From Balanoglossus misakiensis (taxonomy: Eukaryota > Animalia > Hemichordata): a DNA stretch of 64,000 nucleotides. The stretch's first letter is position 1. Every line of letters starts with the position of its first letter. A model generated the notes under the pieces. It saw only the letters and a list, made by a program, of their open reading frames with translations, did no database searches and was not told the DNA's origin. Made by a program: the position numbers and the translations under genes. Below are positions 1 through 12,200 of the stretch, piece by piece. The DNA is taken from positions 2,121,908-2,185,907 of the forward strand of contig CM082579.2 in assembly GCA_040954595.2 (NCBI GenBank). The letters are read 5' to 3'.

Positions 1-405
1 GATGAATCAAGACTGAAATCTATCAAGCGATTTTTGAACATTTACATATGTGTGCGTGATTGTAGGAATCCAACTTTGTCAGACCAGACACATCTGTAAT
101 AGGCCTTTGGGTAAAAATGTGCCATTTTCTATATCTGACAGATGCGGTACTTATTTCCGAGGTGCTCTGGTTTGTTTCTGTAATATTATAATCAATACTT
201 TTGTGGTTGTATTACAGGTCGCACCTGGCCTGCAGCAGTTTGCTGTAACTTTGCGTGGTACTGGTGATGCTTATTAACACAAAGAGGATGTGAGCGACTG
301 ATGACTGTGTAGTATTCACTGAACATTTCACTCAAATTTATAGGACAGAAAACTTGTTTTCTTGATAAAACTGTAGCTCCAGCTGTTTTCAATGATGTAC
401 TTGTA

Positions 406-3400
406 TCATGTCTCAGTGTAATGCTTCAATCTGGAAAATGAATGCAGAATGAAATGGGGTGGTTAGAATTACAGGATTACTATATTTCATTTGCAATTGA
501 TGGAAAAATGTGTATATAAGAGTGCAGCTGCAAATCAGAAAGCACCACCAGCATAGCTGTACCAGCACAAGTTAGAATGAGTTCATTGGATGCAGTATTA
601 CGACCGATATCAATGGCCTCTGTCGCGAGTGTTCCCCCTTACTGAACATTAGTCTTTGATTACCTGTAGAGTAACACATTGCCCTTGTTGTTACCAATTG
701 CCAAGTAACCACTTTGGGGCGAGAAGTCCAAACACGTTGGAGTCTTCAGGGAATTGTTTAACCCTGGAAAGTTGGAAAACACTGTCATGGATGGGAAGTG
801 GATCTGAAAAAAATAAAATTCAAGTGGAGATTTAGAAAATATTTGAGATGAGGAAACATTTGATCGTATCACTAAAAGAGATTAACAATGACTTGTGAAA
901 GTTGTACCGAATATTTTTGTTTTAGTTCATGTAATCTGACTAATGTTCCATCTGAACACAATTTCTTGGCTTCTCTTATTACATGTAATGGTAGATAGCC
1001 CCATATCAACTTATTAGTTGCTCCACCTGGAAATCATTTCTCAATGTCCAAAGAATGAAAGGCATGTACATAAACAAACGCACAATACATGCACAAAAGT
1101 AGAGATAGCTTGAACTTTCACTTCCTTTAATGCAGTTCAAAAGCCAAAACATCAAAATACTGAAGTCAACTTCTTCTCTCTCATGTTGCAACACAAATGT
1201 GTGAAATGATGCCAATCCTGCCCAGCACCTCTTACAAACAAAAGTTGATTTATTCCTTTCCAGATAGAATCAGCATGTGCACTGTTACTTTGGGCCAGTC
1301 GACAGCTGTCCATGTGTTTGTGAAATTGAGTTCATTCTACTTTTCCGACCCTGGGTACTTGGCTCAAATCCATCAGGAAACGTGAAACACCTTTTATTCA
1401 CAAATCTCTGCTACCCTGGCAGACCTGTTGGTACCATGTCACTGGAAATCAGGTCATTGTATTACATGTATGTGTAAGATGAACCAGTTCTTTTTTTTAC
1501 AGTTTTTCCCAACCGTATATCAGTTTTATTGGGAGGAAAACATAGCTTATTATATTAACCATTAATAGTTAGTAATTGACACATCATATATGCACTTTGT
1601 GGTTGCAAACTCAAATTTTCACTTAGGAAACTTCACAACTACTGGTTAGGGACATTTCTGGAGTTTGGAATTATGCAACTTCCCTGTCTGTTCAGCTACA
1701 CTTGGACAAGAGAACATGTTTTTGTTACTTGCTGTTCACTTAAGTGGTGTTCAAACTGATAAGAAGTCGTGACCCTATGACCCTCACACAAACACAGCCA
1801 AACATACCATGGAAACTAACATTATATACATGTATTGACCTGTATAACCGTGCACTGTATACTCATTTATTATAAACAGTTAGTCACCCAGACTTATTCC
1901 AGGGCACAGTACCGGTAGTTCCAATGTAGGGGTCAGGACTTGTGGGTTAGTGAGTAGGAGAGTTGCATGGTATTCCCCTAATGTGGAGGGAATTCTACCT
2001 GATATTCCCTAACAGAGAAAAAATTATCCCTGATCCTCCCCGACACGAGATTGTCTCACCAAAACATCAAATCTTCCCCAACAATAGGAGAATCCGACAT
2101 CATAAACTCCTACACAACTAGCCAATAAAACAATTATTAATATATAAGTTTCGGTTCGTTGTTCCCCTCCAGCCATTTGTTGCTAGTACCAAAGTAAATA
2201 TAGCTTATGTTCTGAAACATGACATTCTTTGATCGCTGTATTCGTCAGCTGCTGATGCCAATTCGTCATAATATTGCGTGGGAGAAAATTCATCTGTACA
2301 TTTAGAATGACTCACCAATTTCAAAGCGTCATCAGTAAAATTCGAAGATACTGCTAGTATTTCATTTGTGGAGTTAAATTTTGCATCTGTAACAGGCGTG
2401 GTCAGATTCATCAGTCTCTTCAATGGCTCTGGGTTGTTACGCGACAGACATGATGAGCTGTCATAAATATTTACGACTCCACTTTGAGACCTAAAACCCA
2501 CAAACCAAAAAGGAAATGATCTCAGGAAAAAAGAGATATTTCTTACAAGTTATCTTGATGTTTGATGTGGGCAGATTGAGCAACATGATATACATGTAAA
2601 ACCAGTTTATTTCATATCATGTCTTGCATCACTCTGATGACTGGTTGTTCAGCTGTCCACCATGATGTATAGCTTGTCCACAATTTGATAAATGCTGCCA
2701 AACTTAAACAAGGAAGCAGAACATTTCTCCCCCCGAGTCTGACTAAACTACTGATAACAAATTTGATAAAACTGTGCAGCAGGGCGTGAATGTATTTGTT
2801 GTCATTTTTAGGTGTGGCATGTCACGTGGTTGTCATGAATAGCTCCTCTTGGGAGATGACAGTTGTTGGGTGGGGTTGGGTGTGGTCATGGCAGTTTCCA
2901 ATTTGTATTTATCACAAAATACATTACTGACAAGACAGACATTAGTGTTTTTCAACATAAGTTACATAACTGATGGCATTTGTCAACACTCAGGCAGGTG
3001 CGGCAGTTTGGTGGAAAAACCCACAAGAGTGATCTCCAGGAAACACTCTCCCTGACAGACACCCTGACAGGTCCACCCAAATGTTGTTTTTCACCAAGGC
3101 TACACTGATCAAACTTTACACAACCTGACAAAAGTGAGAGGCAACACAGCAAACAGCCGTGACACATTTGTGACACATCAATGCAAGTGCTCAAGTAGGC
3201 TTGACAGGTGTGTTGACATAATTTGGAAAGTACCATCTGGTGACAACTGATGTAAGGGAAAGTCCATGACCTGAACCTAGATGTGTGTTTACGCGTTCAT
3301 GAAAATATGTTAGGAAAACGCAACATGTCAATGTGAGTGAAGTGGTCATTTCTCAAGGACAGTTTTGATATTCAGGGTTGTGAGTAATGTATATTTATCA

Positions 3401-6400
3401 GACTTGTTGATGAAAAGCTTACCCGCACGCTATGTACTGCTCATGCCCAGAAACTGCTATGCTTGTTCCCCTGATGCAGCCATCATCTGTGAACTTGTTT
3501 AAACAACGCTGTGATCGCAAATCCCAAATGTAGACGTCACCGTCAGCTGAAGATAAGGAAGAGATCAGATACTAGGATATAAATATTTTTCATTCAGCTG
3601 ACAAGGAAATTATTTCAGTATTTTCATGACACATTCCTCTATAAACAACTTTGCAGGCCCTGAACATCAATGGATACCTAACATTACAGGCATGCAGACA
3701 AAACCACAAATCATGATACCTGACTCACCACACGTACCCTTTCCCATCATATGCGCAGAGAAACACTACTGACTCGCACATCGCACACAAACATGTGCCT
3801 TAATAGACACATACAGACACACAGGCACAGACAATATTTCTTGGATTTTGCCATCTGCCTCAAAATAGCCAATTCAACAGTCTGTACAACTCACCTCCAT
3901 GGGCGTAAAGTTTTATTCCATCATCTGAAAATGCAACTTTTTCCACACTTCCGTTCATTTTCAACGTTCCAGTCCACTCCCTTGACTGCAAGTCGAATAC
4001 ATACACAAATATTGGATAGTTACTTAAAGTGTCTTGTTTTTAAGCATTACTAAGTGTAATGAATAAAAGATTTTCCATATTCACACAAGAAAAGTAGGTG
4101 GCTGTAATTACCTTTGCAGATATTATGTAAATGTAACCATAGCTACCGAGGAATACCAGGTATTTACCATCTGGAGACACTTCGAATCGCTGCAAATGTG
4201 GTTCTTCAATTCCTGTTGGGAATAGAACACATTTGATATCTCTGGCATGGCAAGGGACTACATGAAATGTAAGACTGCCATCTAGTGGTCATTTCAGGCT
4301 TTTCTGTTCACTTGAAGCTGGTCTCTTTTGTTCAATGTAGTTCAATGATTTTCATCACTGTGTTTCAACTGATTGATTCTGCTGGTGATTTGAAATTTCA
4401 AATGAATAACTTACCCATGATATCTGGTATCTTCATGACTTTGCCAGCGATCATGTCATAAACATGGAAGAACCTTTTCTGGGATGACATGATGACTTGT
4501 TCACCGTCTGCACTGAAATGTGCCATGTAAATTGGAAACTTTTCCATGAATACTGACTGTATTTTAGGATTCGTCCTTCCATCAACCTGTTCCAGAAAAA
4601 ATAATAGAAAAATATGCCTATAGAACTAGCTGGGTGTCAAAAAGCATTTTCAACCTATGACTAAAGGCTGCAAAAACCTTCTGACACTGGCATGCATAAA
4701 TTGTTAACTTCCGACGCCAGTGTACGTTGCTCAAGATACTCTGCCTTGAGATACTCCACCAGATCAATTCAATGTATCGATGGATGAAAAAGAAGCATTC
4801 CACTGATGTTTGATATGCATATGGAAGCCAAGAAACAAATACTCTGACTAAAATAAAAATGTTATGTCAATCAGGAAGAACATATACTGCATACCTGGAA
4901 CAAATTCAGGGATTGGTCATAACCAGAAGTGAGAATAACCTGTGCGCCAGGATGGAATTCCACATTACTCACTCTACCCTGTGGATGAGCCAAAAAAATG
5001 TAAATATTACGCTGATGTTCAGACTTTATGTAATGTCACAGTCTCTCAGACTTGATACTGATCAAATATGATACCACTGCTTATAGTTTTGAATGAGTCA
5101 AGAAAGTATTTGTCTGGAAAACATATCACTGCACATCCAGCAAATGCACTTCATCAGCAACTCTACCGGTTCATCTCAAATCATCAATGGTCAATGAATT
5201 ATTAAAGATAAGATGTAATGCACTACATACGCGTGTAGGCTTTTCACTATTGGCATTTGTGCATCGCTTTATCTCCAGAGTCTCTTTTGCCAGCTTATCT
5301 GATGTTGTCAAGTAGTCCCCGGTACTTGCAAGTAACTCGCGATCTTCTTCATCTCCACTGACAACATCTTCTGAAATTTTAACAACATAGAAATGAGGCA
5401 GGTTTTTTCCACAGAGCAAATAATGTATTCCTCAGTATACGATGTCTGATTAAGGATTCTCACAACTGGGTGACAAAATGTGGTTTCAGATTGAACAGAA
5501 CAAGAAAGTCGCATTATGAACTCACCCTCATCCCTCTCCGATTTCAGTTTAGCCCAAGAGGGTGCACCTCCAACAGTTTTCTCAAACCTGTAATGATAAG
5601 CATCACAATTACACTGGTTCACAGGTAACTTCAAAATCAACATTGAAGTTTCAACCATCTCTGCAAGTTGTTCATAACTAACAATTCTATCACACTACTT
5701 ACTGTGATTTTAATCTTTGATGTAACTTGGGACCACTAAGTTCCTTTTCATTTGGTTTTATGATTTCTCTGTGTTTCTTGGTAGAAAATGCAACTGTCAC
5801 CTGGTCATCATCTTCATCCACCCACGCTGGCTTCCTCTCTTTGCGCAATCTCTGGAGTGCTTCCTCCTCTGATCTGACTGATGTGGCCTGGATGATTTGG
5901 ACAATAAAGAATGTAATGCCATGAGAGGAACACTTTGATATCTACTTTTTAAAAGAAAGATTAGTTTTAATCCCTTGTTTTTATGGAAGAAATGTGGTTT
6001 TCCACCCAAATGTAGATTTTGGTGATGTATAACAAAATTGTATGTATGACAAATTCTTGGTTTCTGAAGAAGCTGCTTCGTCACTTTCCTATAGGAATCC
6101 TAAAGGAAAACTCATGCATCTTTAGGTCAATGTCATCATCATGTGTGTATTATTTGATGGTATTGGACATTGGGGCATTAATGTTTTAATTTTAATACAT
6201 CTGCATTGGGAGACCTCTCTCATATGCCATGTCTCAGTACAGAATGGCACAACTAATTTCATCATGTCCCTACTAGTATGACATGTTTTCTTGATCGAAT
6301 GCCTTAGTTTGTGAACACTCTGCCTTATTATGACATTCAGAAAATGATGTTGATGTTTTGAGAAAAGTTTAGTGTTCGGTGAAAACTGCATCGTGAAATG

Positions 6401-7006
6401 GGAGACGGAGCATGCGTCCTACACAGCTGTCATCTACTTTCACTTCTCATTGGTAATGGACATGAATCTAATTTGCATTACAAGAGTTGGCATTGATGAC
6501 GTCGACGGGCTGTGGGTTGGTGTATGTTGCCGCCGGCCGGTTGCTCATTCAGAGACGCGACTGGCACGGTGGCAGGAGCACACGGATCTGTGGCATCACT
6601 GGTTGACGAGTATCCATTGTTTGGCCAAGTTCTCTCAGTGTTTCCTAGCATTGACGCCGGGAGCACGCAGACCTGTACGCAGGGCCACCCACCATCTTGT
6701 TCATGCGGTAACAAAACTAGAATCTTGCCTATCTTCTGTAAAACACTTTCTTTCATTGGATCACCAATAATCAATATCCCGAACACATCTTACCTTGTCT
6801 TCTGCGGATGTTCCCACCAACCTTTCTACTATCATTCGTTCCCCACCAAGTACAAGCTTTTCCAGGACTTCCTCGGACTCTTCCTTGTCTGCGTGATCGT
6901 CGCCCAGGGGACGAAAACGTTTCTCTGTCGTTCCCTTTGTCCTGTTCTCTTTCTCATGTTTGTTTTCCTGGTTTTCGACAGCTCTCTTAAATGACCGTCG
7001 CAACAT
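406..7006 (-). CDS. UTP18: U3 snoRNA-associated protein 18 (WD40 SSU processome component), complete, 12 coding exons
   Basis: Exons in transcript order: 6794-7006, 5703-5887, 5526-5587, 5231-5370, 4895-4978, 4415-4586, 4112-4212, 3895-3985, 3423-3546, 2316-2490, 664-803, 406-430. All are GT-AG and phase-consistent. Recognisable UTP18 motifs: KPAWVDEDD, GGAPSWA, LFQVDGRTNPKIQS, SQSGVVNIYD, LMNLTT, HFPSMTVFSNFP, DFSPQSGYLAIGN and terminal YRLKHY. Confidence 0.95.
1945..2123. mobile_element. Degenerate inverted-repeat (MITE-like) element in a UTP18 intron
   Basis: Left arm ggttagtgagtaggag...gtattcccctaatgtggaggg is an imperfect reverse complement of right arm cttccccaacaataggagaatcc...ctcctacacaactagcc. 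It has no coding capacity. Confidence 0.4.
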
Positions 7007-7551
7007 TGTGAGACGTTATGTATCAGAATGCACGATAATCGGTCAATATTTCGCTCAATTTTCAAAACACGTGTGGTATGTGATGATAGAGGTCATATGC
7101 GTTAATGTTCTTCCGGGTCAGAGATTTCTCGTGAGACCCCGACAAATCTCGCAACTTTTGCATTTCGCAAAATAAGTAAATATCGAATTTTGTCATATTA
7201 CGATAATAAAGGTCATAAGTTCTACTAGAAACTGTCAAAAAGTCAATTTGATTGGGAGTTGCGAACTGTATACAGAATATACCAAAAGGCCGGTTGTGAT
7301 CACGTGACTATTAAATGACCTCTCCCTTTCCACGCCTGCTAGCGCAAATCGAAAGTGAGAAAAGAACGTGAGTTGTGTCAAAAACATCTATGTATTTATC
7401 CCAGAGAGAATCTTAGACGTTGATTGTAATTTCCATTGTTTGTTCATGTTCTTTTCTTCTCCACGTCGCTATAATATTACTTCCGGGTTTGGTTTAATTA
7501 TAAAAACGCCACGTGACACCACCGGTCTTTCTTTCTCCACCTTGACAGCAC
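7007..7551. promoter_or_regulatory. Bidirectional promoter region shared by UTP18 and the NDP kinase gene
   Basis: 545 bp between divergent ATGs, CpG-richer than the introns. CACGTG E-boxes at 7068-7073, 7301-7306 and 7510-7515, and an ETS-type ACTTCCGG at 7479-7486. Confidence 0.7.
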
Positions 7552-8723
7552 ATGGTGTGTACCCTTCTGACTGTGCTAGCAGCCTTCACTAAAGCCATGT
7601 CGAAGAGAAACGTAGCCGAGCGGTCGTTTATCATGGTCAAGCCTGATGGCGTAGACCGTGGCCTCATCGGCGAAATCACCAAAAGATTCGAACAGAAGGG
7701 ATTTAAACTCGTCGGCATGAAGTTTATGAAGGCAAGTATCATGTCTGGTTTACGTGTGGTCATAGACCTTGAAGGTCAATGACCTTTTGTTTTGTCTGCA
7801 TATAACGGTACATCATAAAGGAAAGTCTTTGTGGTATTTTTGTAACGACAGACTGCTGTAAAATGTGCTATATAAACTGAAAGGTTCTATGCAAGACCGA
7901 GAAGAGACCGTTAAAAAATATTTCCTTGGGAAAGCTGACTGGAAACAAATGCAATACACTAAACACGTATGCCACATTTTGAAACAAGATCACTGATGTA
8001 AATTTCAACTTTTTAGAAGAGGGTTTCGATGGTCTAGAACATGTAGTTTAATTGTTGAAATATCTCTGCAGGCCAGTGACGACCTGCTGAAGGAGCATTA
8101 CAAAGATTTGGCTTCAAAGCCATTCTTTGCAGGACTCTGCAAGTTTATATCATCTGGACCAGTTTGTGCTATGGTAAGTTCAGGGCATGTTGTGATATGG
8201 TACCAATTTTCTGGTTGACATATTTGTACTTCAATAGAAGTGTAGTGTTCTATCATACATTGCTGGACATAAAGAACTTGCCTCATCAAACCCATTCTAC
8301 CCCAGATCCTCTGTAGAGCATTTATTAAATATCATCTCTTGACAGGCTTGGGAAGGCTTGAATGTTGTGAAGACCGGACGTGTGATGCTTGGTGAGACCA
8401 ATCCAGTAAGTGGCAATTTTCATGGCTGATTTTGTGATATTGTAATACTAGTGCCTCAAACGTTTAAGGCTCAGATTATAGGACAGCAACCAGACCTCAC
8501 AACCTGCAGTACATTGATTCACTGTATTTTCTCTTCCCTTCTCTCTTTACAGGCCGACTCCAAACCAGGAACGATCCGAGGTGATTTCTGCATCGACATC
8601 GGCAGAAACATCATCCATGGCTCGGATTCTGTGGAAAGCGCAAACAAGGAAATTGCCCTGTGGTTTAAGGAAGACGAACTTGTTACATGGGAACCTTCGC
8701 AGACACGTTCAGTTTATGAATAA
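7552..8723 (+). CDS. NME: Group I nucleoside diphosphate kinase (NME1-4/awd family), 4 exons, with a 15-aa N-terminal hydrophobic extension
   Basis: Exons 7552-7731 (GC donor), 8072-8173, 8346-8405 and 8553-8723. Motifs [57 protein letters not shown], catalytic NIIHGSDS and C-terminal YE. A second in-frame ATG lies at 7597. Confidence 0.97.
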
Positions 8724-8865
8724 AAACATCTCTGCAGGATGCGACTTGTAATGTAATGACCAAAAAATCATGTATACATTCTGTGAATGCACAATTTATG
8801 AATGTGCTAAATTGTAATGTAACATCATACACATGTAATGTAGCAGAATCCCATTCGTCTTGACC

Positions 8866-8915
8866 AATAAACTCCCTGCTTTTGATGTATACTTGTGCAT
8901 GGTTTTCTCTTTATT
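8866..8915. terminator. Candidate convergent polyadenylation signals of NME (+, AATAAA 8866-8871) and SNX25 (-, AATAAA 8910-8915)
   Basis: Canonical hexamers on opposite strands, each downstream of the respective stop codon. Confidence 0.45.
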
Positions 8916-9201
8916 TGCTAGTTAGTATAGCTGAAGACAATGGGGGACTTTCTTGTGAATAGAATTGTCCCTGGAGGATGGAGTAAACGCATTGGATATG
9001 CATGATTTTCTCAAATTTCTGTAAATGCCAATAAAAAAGATAACGCTATTATTAAAAACTTGTACACACACTGTCATTGAAATGCAGCATGCAAAAAATA
9101 AATTACAACATTAAATTGTTACAAAACAATCAATATGGGCGTGATTATACAGCCCGGCTGAGAGTAGCATGGTTAAACCATTTCATGCTGAAGAGTCTCT
9201 T

Positions 9202-12200
9202 CTACATTGCCATCGTAACTTTAGTTCGTTGGTCCTGTGACGGCTTCCGTCTGTTTCGGATTCTCTGGTCTTCTTCGACTTTCTTCAAAACTTTGGGATC
9301 CTTCAACTCGGGGCAAAGTTCAAGCAGGACCAGTTCGAAGAAAACCTGCAAAATGTCAACAATGTCCATGAAATCTGAGTGGCAGTTGAAATATATTTTT
9401 AATTTTGCTACATAGGTAAGTGATGAAAATCTTGTATGGTCGACACAATTTCCAGATGGCTGATATTTGCCATGTTTGAGTATGGTTTCATTTTCAAAAC
9501 CACAACCTACTGTTCATTGTGGTGAATAATTATGCAACTTCTGAAATGAAAGCACCAAAATGTGCATTGTTCTGACAGTACTCACGTAGAACAGGTGTTT
9601 GTTTGTGCGGACATCTTGGAAAGCATTGAATATCTTGATAGCACCAAGTTCACTATTTCTCTTGCCAACTAAATTCTGAAGTGCCTCTGTAAATTAAGGA
9701 AATGGCAGAATTAGCTTCTTTGAAGTGCTGATGTGAACGATCAGCTGCCCTACATATGACTGAAATTCTTATGTGAGTGAGTTTCAAGAAAAAGTGTCAT
9801 CGGCACGAATACCTGGTATACTCTGCAGCAGTTTCAGCCGAGCACGCAGCTTCGTCTTCAACTTCTCCTCATCGCTCCTCAGTGGGTACGAGGGTGCCGG
9901 CTCACCATTTGGCCACATGGCATCCCGGAAGTAGTTGATATAGTATATCAGCATAGGTTCTGACACCACCCAATCAACTGATTCACGGATCTGTCTGAGA
10001 TAAACAGTAGCATAATTGTTTGATGAGAGCACGAAAAGGTAACAGTCACTATCCTTCCATTTCTTCAAGAAAAATACCAAATACTTGCAAGTATTAGGCC
10101 AACATGTTTCGCATAAAAAAATCCAACTTACTTGTTTATAGTGCCACCAAAAGTAACCTGTACAAACACAATCAGTGTCTTTCTAAACCACTTGAAGACT
10201 CCTTTCAATTCAAAAATTTCACCAACCAGGGCGTAGAGGGGTTCTGCGATAGAGTCACGGCGATCTGGAGTACTGGAATGTCAACATAGAGAAATGATGG
10301 ACTGTACAAATCACACAACACAATGCTGTTGGCCGAAATCAACCATGATAACTATAAAAAGATGGACTGGTTACTGGGAAACATATTCACTTGTTGCTAA
10401 GAAACAGCCTACCTGTCTTCATCCCCTTCATCTTCATCTTTCTCTTCGTTTTCTTGAGAGAAGAAGTCAACCGGGAAATTCTTGAAAAGATTAGCCAAAG
10501 GTGCAAATGCTGGTTTCTTCTCATCTTTGCTGAAAGGCAAACAGTGAAAGTTACAATAAAGATTCCTAAAGAAATACACTATTGCTCAACTTAGTTTGGA
10601 GTTAAAGGGTAATCTTATCATGTGCCTACCTAGGTATTTTTTTGACAGCAGCTGGACTTGGTATCAGAAATGAATACAACTCTTCACTGTGTCTCAGACT
10701 TTCATCAGCCAAAATATCCTGTGAACCATTAAATTAATAGTACTTTATCACAAGATGCCTTTGATTGGTCAACATGTCATCACATGATGTACTAAACAAT
10801 AATGATATGTAAATCATATGCAGGTTATTAACTTACAGTCAAGTATTCCTTCAGTTGTTTCTTGGATTTCTCCATGAATTCTCTGTCTACAGACTTGAAC
10901 GGTCTCTTCTTGATCTGAGGCAATTCCCTCTTTCGTAGCCAGCTGCAACACTAAAACATTTGCAGGAAATTAAACATATGTAAGAAAACGGGGTGGGTAA
11001 TGAAATAGTCCAGATTTTCTAAGAACGAGAACGGTAAAACTCAGTGATGATCTGCCTGTACTCACGTCTTTGAGACTCTGATGAAGTACATAGAAATCTG
11101 TCAGTTTATGAGATACAACCCATCCAGTGGTTGGTTGGGAAGAGCCAGGATCCATGGATTCTTTGAGATGAACTACAATCACGTAGTAAGGAACTTCCTT
11201 GTCTTGTTCCTGCATCACCTGTCGTTTTGAAAAATAAGCCTCAATGATACACAGTTGAAGTCATTGTAAAAGGTCTGAGAAAAGGAGCTGAATGAACATA
11301 CTATCAACCACAGATAATACATAAAGCATCAAACATAATCATGATAAATACAGAGAGAATATATATTGACATCAGTTTTGTTACCTCTGCATTGCAGATA
11401 TTGATTTGCCATTCTCCGATGTATTCACACCACATATCAGTTCGGTCTACATGAGATTCGAGTTGACGTCTTTCTAGTTTCATGGCTTCGATTTCTCTCT
11501 CAAGTTTCTGTAAAATCTGCAAAAAGACAGATAGCACAACTGTGAAACATCAGAATTCTTCACAAATAGAGATCATGGTGCAGACATGATTCACAGCATA
11601 CCACTGACAAAAGTCTCGTCTTTATCCAGACAGCAAACTTCCAATTTGTTTTTACTAGGGACTGTTGTGTATCATCAAAATTTGCCACCACAATAGATCA
11701 AAGAATTCAACACTAGCCTTGGAGTCTGGTCTCTGAGAATTCTTGATACTCTGCCAGGCCTGCAGCTTGTTAGCCAATCTTTCATCAAGCAGTTGTAGCT
11801 TCGTGACAGCGTAATCTGTTTGCTTGGCAATACTGCCACTGGGACTGTCAGGCTCTTCTGCAGACGAGTCATCTTCCTGTATAAGAGAGAACATAGGGAG
11901 GGAGAGCGCAAGATGTAAGAATTGCTTCTGTTGTTTAAAGAAGGTACCAGGGAAGAAAGAGCTTACTGAAGGAAGGATTCATGATGGGAACTGCACACAT
12001 GAAAGATTACATGGAAAGAAGTCACACAGAAACAAACCTGTTGATCAAGGCTATACTTGTCATCACTTGTCTTGGAGATATCTGCTGACTCATCACCATC
12101 CGTTTCCTCCAGACTGGAGACGTACTGCTGATAGAATTCACTGACGATGAATGACAGGTAGAAATCTTCGTCCAAGATGACGTAGATGTCATTCTGGGCT

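Noticed and set aside
804-3422. Intronic snoRNAs in the larger UTP18 introns
   Set aside because: No properly spaced C/D boxes with a terminal stem, and no clear H/ACA architecture, could be identified by eye.
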